Shown here: in pieces, positions 38,468 through 49,609 of the stretch
How positions within the stretch are numbered: position 1 is the stretch's first letter
How the letters are laid out: the number at the start of each line of letters is the position of its first letter
Source: Azolla caroliniana
Taxonomy: Eukaryota; Plantae; Polypodiophyta
Direction: 5' to 3'
DNA length: 64,000 nt
NCBI GenBank assembly: GCA_043228905.1
Contig: JBHGNT010000015.1
Span: 19,282,001 to 19,346,000, forward strand
The notes under the pieces: model-generated
What the model saw: the letters and a program-made list of their open reading frames with translations, nothing else
Databases searched by the model: none
Told to the model about the DNA's origin: nothing
Translations under genes and position numbers: made by a program

Positions 38468-39037
38468 CAGGGGGAGTACCCGGCTACGGAGAGCCGGATG
38501 GTGCAGACCCGGTGAGAACCGGATGAGGAGTACCCGGCTACGGAGAGCCGGATGATGCAGGCCCGGTGAGAACCGGAGGAAGAGACATATTCGTAAATAT
38601 GTTTCTGAGAGCCCATCGAGGCTATATTTGTAAATAGCCGAAAAGTCATATTAGTATAAATATGACTTAGGGCAAACCTTTTTTGTAGTTGTTGTCATTT
38701 TTCTGTTTTGCACGAGATTAGTGTGCGTAACTGTACAGAGAGAGAGAGAGTGAGAGAACGAGGTCGTTGCCTCTGTTGTAACCGCCGCTTGTGGCGAAGA
38801 TCGTGAGCACGAGGTCGTTGCCTCCGTGAACTCACTATTTGTACATTCCAATATAGTGATAGTTTGCAGCCTGTGGGCTGCCGTGGTTTTTTCCCTCAGT
38901 TTGGGTTTTCCACGTAAACATCCTGTCTACTTTTTTTTCTCTCCTTTGTGTCGTGCATTTGTTTCCCCTTTTCTGTGTATGAAAAGAATCTCGGTTGTGG
39001 CCGAGCGTTGCGCATAAGGAGCATTGAGTTCCCGACA
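38468..39037 (+). mobile_element. Truncated LTR fragment (Copia-like, second family) inserted in the array
   Basis: Not part of the unit; 51-bp tandem duplication, TATAAAT, U5-like 'gtggttttttccctc...gggttttccacgtaaa', ends ...CGACA; about 130 bp of unit DNA is missing at its left junction. Confidence 0.7.
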
Positions 39038-39225
39038 AGATTAAATTGGGAGTGATTTGCAAAAAGTGGTGTATTACTGAATATAGGTCGACACTTGAGG
39101 GTGGATAAAATTCCATGTAGCATGTGTTGTGTTTCGATGACATTGAAGATCATAAGGGGAGAACACATAGCAACTACAATCGACATGATAGGAGATAAGG
39201 ATTAGGGAGATTGGAATTTCGAGGA

Positions 39226-39310
39226 TGGCGTGACAAGGGTTTTAATTCTCCACGGGAGGATATGTCAAGAGCTATAGGATCTATGCACAAGGAACCAACG
39301 TCATAAACTC
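39226..39310 (-). pseudogene. Decayed tRNA-Met copy (B subunit)
   Basis: Homologous to 35351-35435. Confidence 0.8.
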
Positions 39311-39671
39311 TAACGGGTAGATCTACGAACATCCTAATTTTACCTTATACCTGTGCTAATAGATAATAGGTGAGACTATTACTACATTTCCAATTTACGA
39401 TGACTTTACACTAATGATAGGTAATGATTACTTAAGTAAGAGAACACCCTCATGATAGACATATTGCGACCAAGAATATTCACATACTCATGCAAGCTTA
39501 AATTCTGAATGGGTTACAAAACCAGTTGTGGTACTGAATATAGACTGACTCATAGGATGGATAAAATGCCATGTTGTATGTGTTGTGTTCCTATGACATT
39601 GAAGAAAATTAGAGAATAACACAAATCCACATGATAAAAATCAATGATTTAAGAGACCATGATGTCGTGGA

Positions 39672-39756
39672 TGGGGTGAGAGAGGCTTGAACTCTCGACC
39701 TCAGGATATCTCAAGAGCTATGAGACCTACGCGCTAGCCAACTGCCCCATCACCCC
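39672..39756 (-). tRNA. trnM-CAT: tRNA-Met(CAT) with intron, copy 6 (D-stem mismatch, possibly impaired)
   Basis: GGGC replaces GCGC in the 5' D-stem. Confidence 0.8.
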
Positions 39757-40038
39757 TGATATGTAGCTATACACGGAGAGATACTTATTTTATCTAAGAT
39801 TGTGACGAAAGATAAGTGAGAGAGCCTCAAAATTTCCAGCCTAGGATGCCTAAAAAGCAATGATACCTATGGGTTAAATAGAAAGAGTCCATCCACATTT
39901 TAGTTGAATATTCACAGGGTTAGGGGAGTTTAATTGGGAGTGATTCGCAGAAAGCGGTGTATTACTGAATTTAGGTCGACAGTTGAGGGTGGATAAAATA
40001 CCATGTAGCATGTGTTGTGTTTCGATGACATTGATTAT

Positions 40039-40493
40039 TGTAAAGAGTAACGTGCGGAAGCAAGTATGAAGACCGAATAGAAGGAAGAAAACTCAGGTTT
40101 AATGGAGAGCTTGAGCTTATGCAGTATACGTGGGAGAGACAGAGAGACAGAGAGAGTGATAGAGAGAAAATACAAGAATTATATTCAAAAAACTCTATTC
40201 ACCATTCTCTATACATATGTGTGTTCAATGAACACTTTTATACAAGTCCTAGAAGGACTGACCGAAGTACTGACAGTACTTCAATGCTCACTAAGAGCTC
40301 CTACACTAACTCCCAAATATATTCCTCACGGAATATCTTTCCTAACGGCCTCCCGGTTTACGCACCGATCCGGCCCTACCTATGCGCCGGTCTACGTACC
40401 GGTTTACGCATTCGGCCTAACCGATCGGTCCCAACCGATCCGGTCCTCGGCTTCTTCAGCCGATCCGGCCGATGTTGAGCTTGTCTCTCAACA
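40039..40493 (-). repeat. Copia 3' LTR (455 bp)
   Basis: In element orientation TGTTGAGA...CTCTTTACA, directly after PPT GAGGGGGAG. Confidence 0.88.
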
Positions 40494-42573
40494 CTCCCCC
40501 TCAAGCTCAACTTGAGGCTCTTCGGGATCTTCGGGCTCACAGCTCTGATTCCTCCTGGCTTCACGCCTCGCTCGCGCTCCACGACCTGTTCGACTCCGCA
40601 TGCTTCGACCCTTCCGGTCGGCTAGTCTGCTCATGTGGCCTTCATCAACTCTTCTGCTGTTGCGGTGTTGACGCTTCTTCTGCTGCCTTTTCTTCCGCTT
40701 GGGCCTCGGTTGATTCAGCGTGTCTGAATCAAACATCCGAACCGACTCGGCTACCTCCGATCGGTTTTCGCTCTCGTCCGAGTTGGCTGTCTCCAACTCG
40801 TCTTCGGTCTTCTCGCCCTCGGTGGCGTCATCTTCCCCATGCGTGGTTGGCTTCGGCTCTCTCCTTCGGTTGCTCCCGTTCTGTCCTCCTCCGAACTTTT
40901 CCGCGGGTCCGCCCTCGGCTTCTTCAGTCGATCCGAAGTCAAACTCGACAACCGAGTCAACCGACTCGGTGGTGTCGCGGTCTCCGCTCCTTTCCTGCTG
41001 CCTTGCTTGGTCGTTCGGGACTGTTCTCCCCCTGAAGTTTGGCACATCGAGGTGACGCAATCCGAGCGCACCTGAGAATTGCCGCAACTTGTCCAGACCA
41101 AGAGGCTTGGTGAAGATGTCGGTAGTTTGCCGATCCGTCGGAACGTACTGAAGTTCGACTTCACCGGAAAGGACACGCTCACGGACGAAATGATAGTGCA
41201 CCTCAATGTGCTTGGTCCGTGCGTGGAGGACGGGGTTCTTCGCGAGTTGGATGCTGCTGAGGTTGTCGTAGTTGATCGTCGTTCGATCGGACACCTCCTC
41301 TTGCAGGTCCTTAAGTAGCCGCTTCAACCATATGGCTTCGCATGTCGTGACAACCGCTCCTCGGTACTCTGCTTCGGTGCTCGACAGTGCAACTGTCGGC
41401 TGCTTCTTACTGCTCCACGCGATCGCGGCACTCCCGAGGGAGAACGCGTATCCAGACGTGGATCGGCGATCGGCGGCATTGCCAGCCCAATCAACATCGG
41501 TGTAGCCGACTAACTGCACGGCTGCACCGGTCTGATATAGCAGTCCCCGGTCCTTAGTGCCGTTGACATACCGAAGTATGCGTTGCGCACACTGAAGGTG
41601 CTCCTCGGTAGGTCGCGCCATGAACTGACTGATCACTCAGACCGGATAACTGAGGTCGGGTCGGGTGATGGTCAAGTATATGAGGCTTCCGACAATTTGT
41701 CGGAACCTCGTCGGGTCGCATACCTTTCCCGTATCGGGACGAAGCTTGACGGTTCTGTCCAGAGGAGTCGAGACGGACTTACAGTCGGCCATCCCGAATT
41801 TGAAGAGCATACTCAGCACGTAATGACGTTGGCTGATCAATATGCCTTCGGGGGTACGGATCACTTTGATCCTGAGGAAGTAATGAAGGTCCCCCAGATC
41901 CTTCATGTCGAACGATGCCGCAAGCTGGAGCTTCACGCGGTCGATTTCACCGAGGTCGGCGCCGGTGATGACCAAGTCATCAACATATAGTAAAATACTA
42001 ACCGGTCCGAGTCGACCTTTCCGGATGAACAGGGAAGAGTCCGATTTTGATGTGACGAAGCCCATCCGACGCAGTTGTTGCGTGATCTTCGCGTTCCAGG
42101 CACGCGGGGCTTGCTTCAGTCCGTAAAGGGACTTCTTCAGTCGGCATACTGCCAAGGAGTTCGTTCCGGAGTGAAATCCGGGGGGCTGTACCATGTACAC
42201 CTGTTCCTCAAGGTCACCTTGCAGGAACGCATTCTTTACATCCATCTGACGTAAGTGCCACCCCTTCGCTGCAGCTACTGCAAGCAAAACACGGACGGTC
42301 GTCATTTTCGCGACCGGCGCAAATGTCTCATCGTAGTCGATGCCGTGTTTCTGCGCGTAGCCCTTTGCCACTAGCCGAGCCTTCTACCGGTTGACCGAGC
42401 CATCGGTGTTGTACTTGACCTTGTACACCCACCTACACCCGATCGGTTTTACCCCTGTTGGTGCGCCAACCAGGTCCCAGGTCTCGTTCTCCGCCAATGC
42501 GTGCATCTCTTCCTCCATCGCGGCACGCCAATTCGCATCTTTAGCCGCTTCTGGGTAGCTCTCCGGCTCACGC
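40488..42573 (-). pseudogene. Copia pol, RT-RNase H part (premature stops)
   Basis: ORFs 41637-42371 and 40488-41636 are in frame, separated by TGA. Confidence 0.9.
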
Positions 42574-43221
42574 TGTCGTGAAGAAAACCGTCCCTTGGCG
42601 CAATCGGTGCATAACAGGCGTGAACCGGCTCTTCACGTGTGCGCGCCCTTAATGTATATAATAGGGAATTAAGTACGAAAGCATATCCGGGTAGTTAGAT
42701 TCGGTAGGTAGGAAGTAAATGAGGGAGACGGCTCCCTTCTGGACGATATAAAGGAGAGGGAGACGCAGGGAGAGGGGATCGCGCATTGAGGAGGACGAAG
42801 TGCTGTTGGACCGGAACCGAATGCTTCTCCTCTGTCTGTTCTCTGTTGCTCTTCTCTGCAAGTTTCGGGAGGCTCGCCCTGCTTCGAGGAACGCCCGTGT
42901 GCTTCCGGCAGCACCTCCATCCTATCCCTTTTTCGTGCGCAAACGAACAGGCATCGGCATCTGTTCGCCGGCCTGTTCGGTTGTAACCGCTCGCATGTTC
43001 TGCTGCGTACTTGTTATTCGTTAATATACAAACACTTTTGCCTCCCTGTCTCTGTGTCCATTCGCGTCTTCTGTGATTGACGGGCCGCGCCCCTGTGTTT
43101 CTTTGTGCATACGTGACCGGGCGTCTCTCTCTTCCTTTTCCCCCTTCTATCACCTGCTCTTCGGTTCAAGACCCCGGTGGTCCCGCCTCGTTTCTCCACG
43201 CACGCGCGTAACAACGCGACA
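42574..43221 (+). repeat. Gypsy 5' LTR
   Basis: Direct repeat of 48962-49609 with about 16 substitutions counted by eye. Confidence 0.96.
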
Positions 43222-43225
43222 TATT

Positions 43226-43238
43226 TGGTGAACCCGAC
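43226..43238 (+). other. Primer-binding site complementary to tRNA-Trp 3' end
   Basis: TGGTGAACCCGAC is the reverse complement of GUCGGGUUCACCA, the 3' end of plant cytosolic tRNA-Trp (recalled from memory). Confidence 0.8.
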
Positions 43239-45461
43239 ATGAGACAGGTGACAGAGGAGCAGAAGATGAGGGGGTCGGATCTTGCAGAGGCCATGGCTTC
43301 GGCCGTAGACCGGATAGTGAGCGCGCGCGAGGGCACCAGCGCCCTTGACAGGGCTATTGAGGCGATCATCAGTACGATCGGCCGGTTCAGTGGAAAGGAT
43401 GCCACGAGTTATTTGGTGTCCTACTGGGCGGAGATGTTGATGAGGGATATTCCGGAAGAGAGGCGTCTTGCCAGATTCCCTCGAGTGGCGATGCCAGGCA
43501 TCCATGCGGAGGTGCTCGAGGTCCGGGCGGAGAGCCGGACCTGGGAGGAGTTCGAAGGACGGCTCCTGGAGAAATACGGGCTGGATGACGTGCTTCGACT
43601 TTCGAAGCGGAGCTTCATGGAGTGGGTGGAGTCCCCCAACAAAGGAAGAAATGCGTCAGTACTCCTCCGGGAGTTTGAGGAACGTTTTGCGCGCCTTTTG
43701 GCGCTTGATCGGACCGTTCTGGACACAAGTCGTGTCCTACTGTTTGTCAAATCGGTTGACGCACGGGATCGGGGGCAAGTTAGCTCCTTACTGGAAACTG
43801 AAGACGGGCTGACGACCGATTGGGCTGCGGTAAAGAGAGTCTACGGCCGTTTTGACAAATGGTGGGAGTGGGTTGATACAGAGGCGACCGGGGCGGGACC
43901 TGTCGCAGCAAGGAAGCTCGAACTGACATCGCAGGCGCGAAGGGAAGAGACCCGGGAGTGGCTCGAAACCGGTTCGTCTTCGATCGGCGTGATCAGAGGC
44001 TCGTCCGGGGGAACAGCTCTGGAGGAGTTGACACGAGCGGTAAAGGAACTCCAGATTGCCCAGGCTCGGAGGGAAGGCGGCGATCAGGCTCGCGACCGAC
44101 GGCCTCCGGCAAGAAGTAGGTGCATGTGGTGCGACGAGGTCGGCCACATCCGGAAAGACTGCGGGGACTTTATGGAGGCTCTGAGAAGCCGGGTAGTGTA
44201 CCTGTGGGAAGGTCGGGTGCACGCCAGCGATACCCGGAGGGCCCTGAACTGAAACGACGGGAGAGGAGGAATGAAAAGGCTGATGGAAGAGGCGGCAGCC
44301 CGGCACGCGGAGACCATCCACTACTCAGCGTCAGCCGGTATTTGGGTCAGAGGCAGCGGGGCCCGGAAGGAGAGCAAAGCCGAGTTCTGGCCGACGGTGC
44401 TGGAAGGCCTCGCCGGTGCTCGACTGAAGAGAGACGAGGCGGACCGTGCGGAGAAGCGTGTCCAGGAGGTAACAGGGTGGAGTGACCCGGTCGAAGAAAA
44501 GACGGGTTTCGTCGAAGCAGCTTGCCAGAACTACGAAGCTCTGGTTGAAGACAAATGGGTAGGTAAGATCGGAGGGGCCGGGTCCTCACAGAGATACGAA
44601 ACCCGATTCGGGCCGAAACGGAATGAGGCCGATGAGTCCAGTGCCCCGGATAACCACAGGAAGGGCAGATACCGTTTGGGCACGGAGATCGAAAGGACCA
44701 CGGACCTACGAAAGGTCCTGGAAGAACGAATCCTCGACAGCAAGGTGGAACTGTCGTTGCGGGAGGTGCTCGGGATCGCCAAGAAGGAGTTCCACGACTC
44801 CATCGTGGACTTGGTGAAGAGCAAGAGGCTGTCGACGGAGGCAGAACCGAAGAGGCCGGTAGAAGTGCGGACGGCGCACATAGAGGACATGGCGTTGGAA
44901 GACGAGTGGGCGGAGAGCCACTATTCGAGGCCACACTGGGCCCGAGCGACCACGGAAACCCCGGTGAAGATCGGAGATGTTCAGGAACCGGTGGTGGCAC
45001 TGGTGGACCATGGTTCGGAAATAAACCTGATGTCCATGGACTTCTACAAAAAGGGGAAATGGCCGATCAACACTAAGCACGGGTGGAAGATACGGGCAGC
45101 GACGCACGCTACTGAGGGACTACACGGGGCCTGCCCAAACGTGCGAGTCAAGATCGGCGATGTTGAGATAGACCAGCACTTCTTTGTGCAGGAAACGTCC
45201 TCGCACCCGGTCATACTAGGGGAACCGTACATTACGGCAACGCGAATGGAGACCAAGGTGTTGGACAACAGGTCGGCTTACGCGAGGGTCAAAAGTCAGG
45301 ACGAGCGTCATTCGGTCCAGTTCCTGACGGTGCGACCGAACCACGAGCGAAACCGCGAGTCCCTCGGTGGCGAGAACCGAGAGGATTTTTTGAGAGGGCT
45401 GCCAAGGCGTGGGGCCGCGACAGTCCGGACACTCCGGGAAAACCCCACAAATGTACGATAG
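43239..45461 (+). pseudogene. Gypsy gag-protease (one in-frame TGA at 44250-44252)
   Basis: Zinc knuckle CMWCDEVGHIRKDC; aspartic protease ALVDHGSEINLMS and VILGEPY. Confidence 0.88.
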
Positions 45462-48400
45462 AAGCGAAACCGAAGAAACCTTGTACCATAAGTAGGAAGT
45501 TTTGTTTCTCCGACAACGGAGGGTGTACGATAGTCGGCGTCGTAGGCCGAGAAAAGACAAGGGCGGAAGAGCGACTTCGGGCGTGCGGAGTTCTCGAGCC
45601 CAGCGAGGAAATCAACGGAGCCGTGGAGGCGGTCTCCTTCGATGATACCTTGGGAATACTACGAGAGGTGGTCGGAGAGGGCCTTAAAGAGGACCGGACG
45701 ATACCGGTTTGTTCCGAAGAAATGTACAAAGTCATCGCGGACTTCGGTCGAGGGCTCGAGTCAGAGAGGATGGCCCGGGTTAACACGAAGTACAAGACTG
45801 TGGACTGGAAGGTGAGGCCAGTCGCGGCACCCTTACCAAAGGGCAGTGAGTTACGAATCAAGGGGGTCGCGTCGGACCCCAGCTTACGAGATCCTGCCTG
45901 CATAGGGCACACCTTCACCGACAGAACGCTACGGGAGCTCAAGATCGGTGGGGGCGGGTTCCTACTGCCGGCGGAAAAAGACCGGTTTCGGAGAATGCTC
46001 GGAAGGCACGGGAAAGCCTTCGCATTCTCGCCGGGAGAGATCGGGTGCGTAGACCCGGCAGTCGTGAAGCTGATGGTGATATTCACGGTACCGCATGTGC
46101 CGTGGAATCTCAAATCAATTTCGGTACCGAGAGCTCACATCCCGAAGCTGATGGAACTATTGAGGCAGAAAGTTGATATGGGCATCCTCGAACCGTCGAG
46201 TGCCCCGTACTCGAACCGGTGGTTTACCGTACCGAAGAAGAACGGGACGTTGCGCTTCATTCAAGACCTGCAACCGGTCAACAGAGTGACCATTCAGAAC
46301 GCAGGAATCGGACCAACGATAGACGAGTTCGCGGAGGCCTTCGCCGGAAGGTCGATCTACTCGGTCGGTGATCTGTACTCAGGGTACGATCAGTTCCAAC
46401 TAGCCGTAGAAAGCAGAGACATTACGACGATGCAGACTCCTCTCGGCCTAGTGCGGATGTGTACCCTGCCACAAGGAGGGACGAACTCGGTGGCCCACAT
46501 GGTGAATGCGATGAACAAGGTGCTGAGGGATTGTATCCCGGACATCACCATGCCGTTCTTGGATGACATCCCGATCAAGGGATGTCCGGTGGAGGAAAAG
46601 GACGAAACGATCGGACCGGACGGATGCCGGAAATTCGTAGCGACACAAATTGATGACTGCGAGAGGGCGCTGCAGAGGCTAGAGGACGCGAGGCTCACCT
46701 TCTCCGGGGAGAAATCGGCCTTCGGGCAATCAGAGATCGTGGTCGTCGGACATCTATGCGGAGCGTATGGCCGGAAACCATCTCCGGCCAAGGTAGAAGC
46801 CATCTCCGCTATGAAGCCTGACTGTAACTCGGTCACGGAGGTACGGAGGTTCTTGGGAGCATGCGCGTTCTACCACATATGGATCCCGCATTACGCCCAC
46901 GTTGCCGAGCCGCTATACGGGTTGCTGAAAAAGGGGCGAAAATTCAAGTGGCGAGACGAGCATGCGGAGTCGGTCCGAAAGATGAAGGAGTCTCTTGCTG
47001 CAACTTCGGCACTCCGGAAGGCTGTCTACGAGAAAGGCACTCCCATCTACATAACGGTAGATACGAGTTCAACCAGGATCGGATGGGCCGTCAACCAAGA
47101 AAATGAGGACGGCATTCGGTTCCCGATCCGGTTCGGCGCGAAGGTCCTTAGCGAGCGGCAGCGAGGATACGCCCAGGTTAAACGCGAACTCTGGGGTATC
47201 GTTTCGGCAGTAAAGGCCGATAAAGACTATCTGATTGGGAGAGAGGTGATTATCGAGACAGACTGCCTGCCAATTCTCGGCATGGTTTCCGGATGCGCAA
47301 CCCCGGACCTGGCAATGTTCAGGTGGATAGCGTACATCAAGTCCCTGGATCCGGAAATACGACACATTTTCGGGAAAGACAATGCCATGGTCGACATGCT
47401 TTCGAGGGCGCGATTCGACAACGAGGGCGGCATGGTTTCGGAGGACGAGGAAGTCGGCGTAGACTTCTTCGAGGCGGCTTACGTAACAACCAAAAGGGGG
47501 AGCACTCCGGCGCTTAACGATTTCAACGAGAGCAAGTACGACGGGGAGTGGCTGCAGATTGGGGGATTCTTAAGGACAATGGTGCCGGACACATCGTGGA
47601 CAAGGGACGAGGCCAACCGGATCCGGAAGAAAGCGTACCGATTCTTTCTTCGGGACGGATACTTGTGGAGGCACCCGAAGAAGAGGAACGACATCCCGCT
47701 CTGAGTAGTGGCGATGAAGGAGGAACAAGAGGAATTGATGAAGGCCTACCACGACAGCCCCTGGGCTGGACACCGTGGGACGTGGGCCACGTTCGAGAAA
47801 CTAAAGGGAAAGTACTGGTGGCCGGGACTGTACCGGGACGTGCGACAGTTCGTGACAACTTGTGAGAGCTGTTAGATGCACTCCATAGTCCGACATCGGG
47901 ACGAGCTTCACCCTACATACCCTCCGGCCATCCACTTCAAATGGATGGTAGATTTGGTGACGATGCCGATGGGCGTAGGGTAGATGCGATATCTGGTGCT
48001 GGCCCGGAGGACCTAACGAACCAGGTGGAAGGCTGAGCCCTGCAGAACAAAACGATCGCGGCCGTGTGTCGATTCCTGATCGAGGACGTGATATGCCGGT
48101 ATGGGTGCGTCGGGCAGATCGTGGCTGACCGCGGGGAGTTGGACGCCGAAGAGGCCGAGGAGCTGTTCGACCGGTTAGGGGTCAAGCTCTCGCTCACCAC
48201 GGCGTACAATCCGGAGGCAAACGAGAAGGTGGAGCACGGGCACGGACCAATCGTCAAAGCGCTAGTCCGGGCGTGCGAAGGACAGGCCGGGAACTAGCCA
48301 CGACTGTTACCCTATGCCTTGTGGGCAGATCGGACAACGCACAGTTCGGTAACTGGGTTCATGCCGTCAGAGCTCATGTTCGGACAGAAGCCGATCATGC

Positions 48401-48960
48401 CGATGGAACGGACGATCTTCTCTTGGGCGACAGTAGACTGGAGAGACGAAATGAGTCAGGAAGAACTGCTAGCAGCGCGTATACGGTAGCTCGAGCGGAG
48501 GCTAGAGGACGTGGAACGAGCGGCGGAGAGACTTCGGACGGAGAGGATGAAGAACAAAGCCCGGTTCGACCGAACGCACCGGCTCAGACCAAAGAAAATC
48601 GAGGAAGGCGACTGGGTGCTAGTCTACGACAGCAGCCTCGACAACTAGCACCGAGTAACACGGAAGTTTGCAAAGTGGTGGTTCGGGCCTTACGTGGTAA
48701 CAAGCGCCAACGACAACGGGACGTATCACCTGGCGGAGCTCGACGGTATGAGGATGGCGATACCAGTGGCGGGGAAGCGGATCAAAGCGTTCAAGAAGCG
48801 CCACGACGGCGAACCGGATCTAAGAGACCTGGACAACGACGATGATCAGTCCGAGGTGGAGGACGAACCGATGGACGAGGAACCAGAACCCGGGCCGGTT
48901 TTCTCCAACCAGAACCCAATTTTGGCGCATACCGGTGGATGCGCGGTTAAGTGGGGGCGG
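45392..48960 (+). pseudogene. Gypsy pol (RT, RNase H, integrase; stops in integrase)
   Basis: DLYSGYDQ, LPQG, FLDD, DTS, RELWGIV, TDC, DNAMVDMLSR, HDSPWAGH, DRGELD, TAYNPEAN, WFGPY; in the -1 frame relative to gag-PR. Confidence 0.92.
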
Positions 48961-48961
48961 A

Positions 48962-49609
48962 TGTCGTGAAGAAAACCGTCCCTTGGCGCAATCGGTGCAT
49001 AGCAGGCGTGAACCGGCTCTTCACGTGTGCGCGCCCTTAATGTATATAATAGGGAATTAAGTATGAAAGCATATCCGGGTAGTTAGATTCGGTAGGTAGG
49101 AAGTAAATGAGGGAGATGGCTCCCTTCTGGACGATATAAAGGAGAAGGAGACGCAGGGAGAGGGGATCGCGCATTCAGGAGGACGAAGTGTTGTCGGACC
49201 GGAACCGAACGCTTCTCCTCTGTCTGTTCTCTGTTGCTCTTCTCTGCAGGTTTCGGGAGGCTCGTGCTGCTTTGAGGAACGCCCGTGTGCTTCCGGCAGC
49301 ACCTCCATCCTATCCCTTTTTCGTGCGCAAACGAACAGGCATCGACATCTGTTCGCCGGCTTGTTCGGTTGTAACCGCTCGCGTGTTCTGCTGCGTACTT
49401 GTTATTCGTTAATATACAAACACTTTTGCCTCCCTGTCTCTGTGTCCATTCGCGTCTTCTGTGATTGACGGGCCGCGCCCCTGTGTTTCTTTGTGCATAC
49501 GTGACCGGGCGTCTCTCTCTTCCTTTTCCCCCTTCTATCACCTGCTCTTCGGTTCAAGACCCCGGTGGTCCCGCCTCGTTTCTCCACGCACGCGCATAAC
49601 AACGCGACA
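48962..49609 (+). repeat. Gypsy 3' LTR
   Basis: Preceded by purine-rich AAGTGGGGGCGGA; matches the 5' LTR. Confidence 0.96.

Larger units (their letters stand above)
34686..40038 (-). repeat. tRNA-Met tandem array, left block (~882-888-bp dimeric units)
   Basis: tRNA copies start at 34915, 35797, 36581, 37469, 38351 and 39672. One unit has a ~100-bp deletion and one has an LTR insertion. Confidence 0.97.
42574..49609 (+). mobile_element. Full-length Ty3/Gypsy LTR retrotransposon nested in Copia pol
   Basis: Two 648-bp LTRs (TGTCG...CGACA); 4-bp TSD ACGC (42570-42573 and 49610-49613); order gag-PR-RT-RH-IN; no chromodomain seen. Confidence 0.97.

Noticed and set aside
40034-40038. Target-site duplication for the Copia element
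   Set aside because: Cannot be verified because the other end has been deleted.
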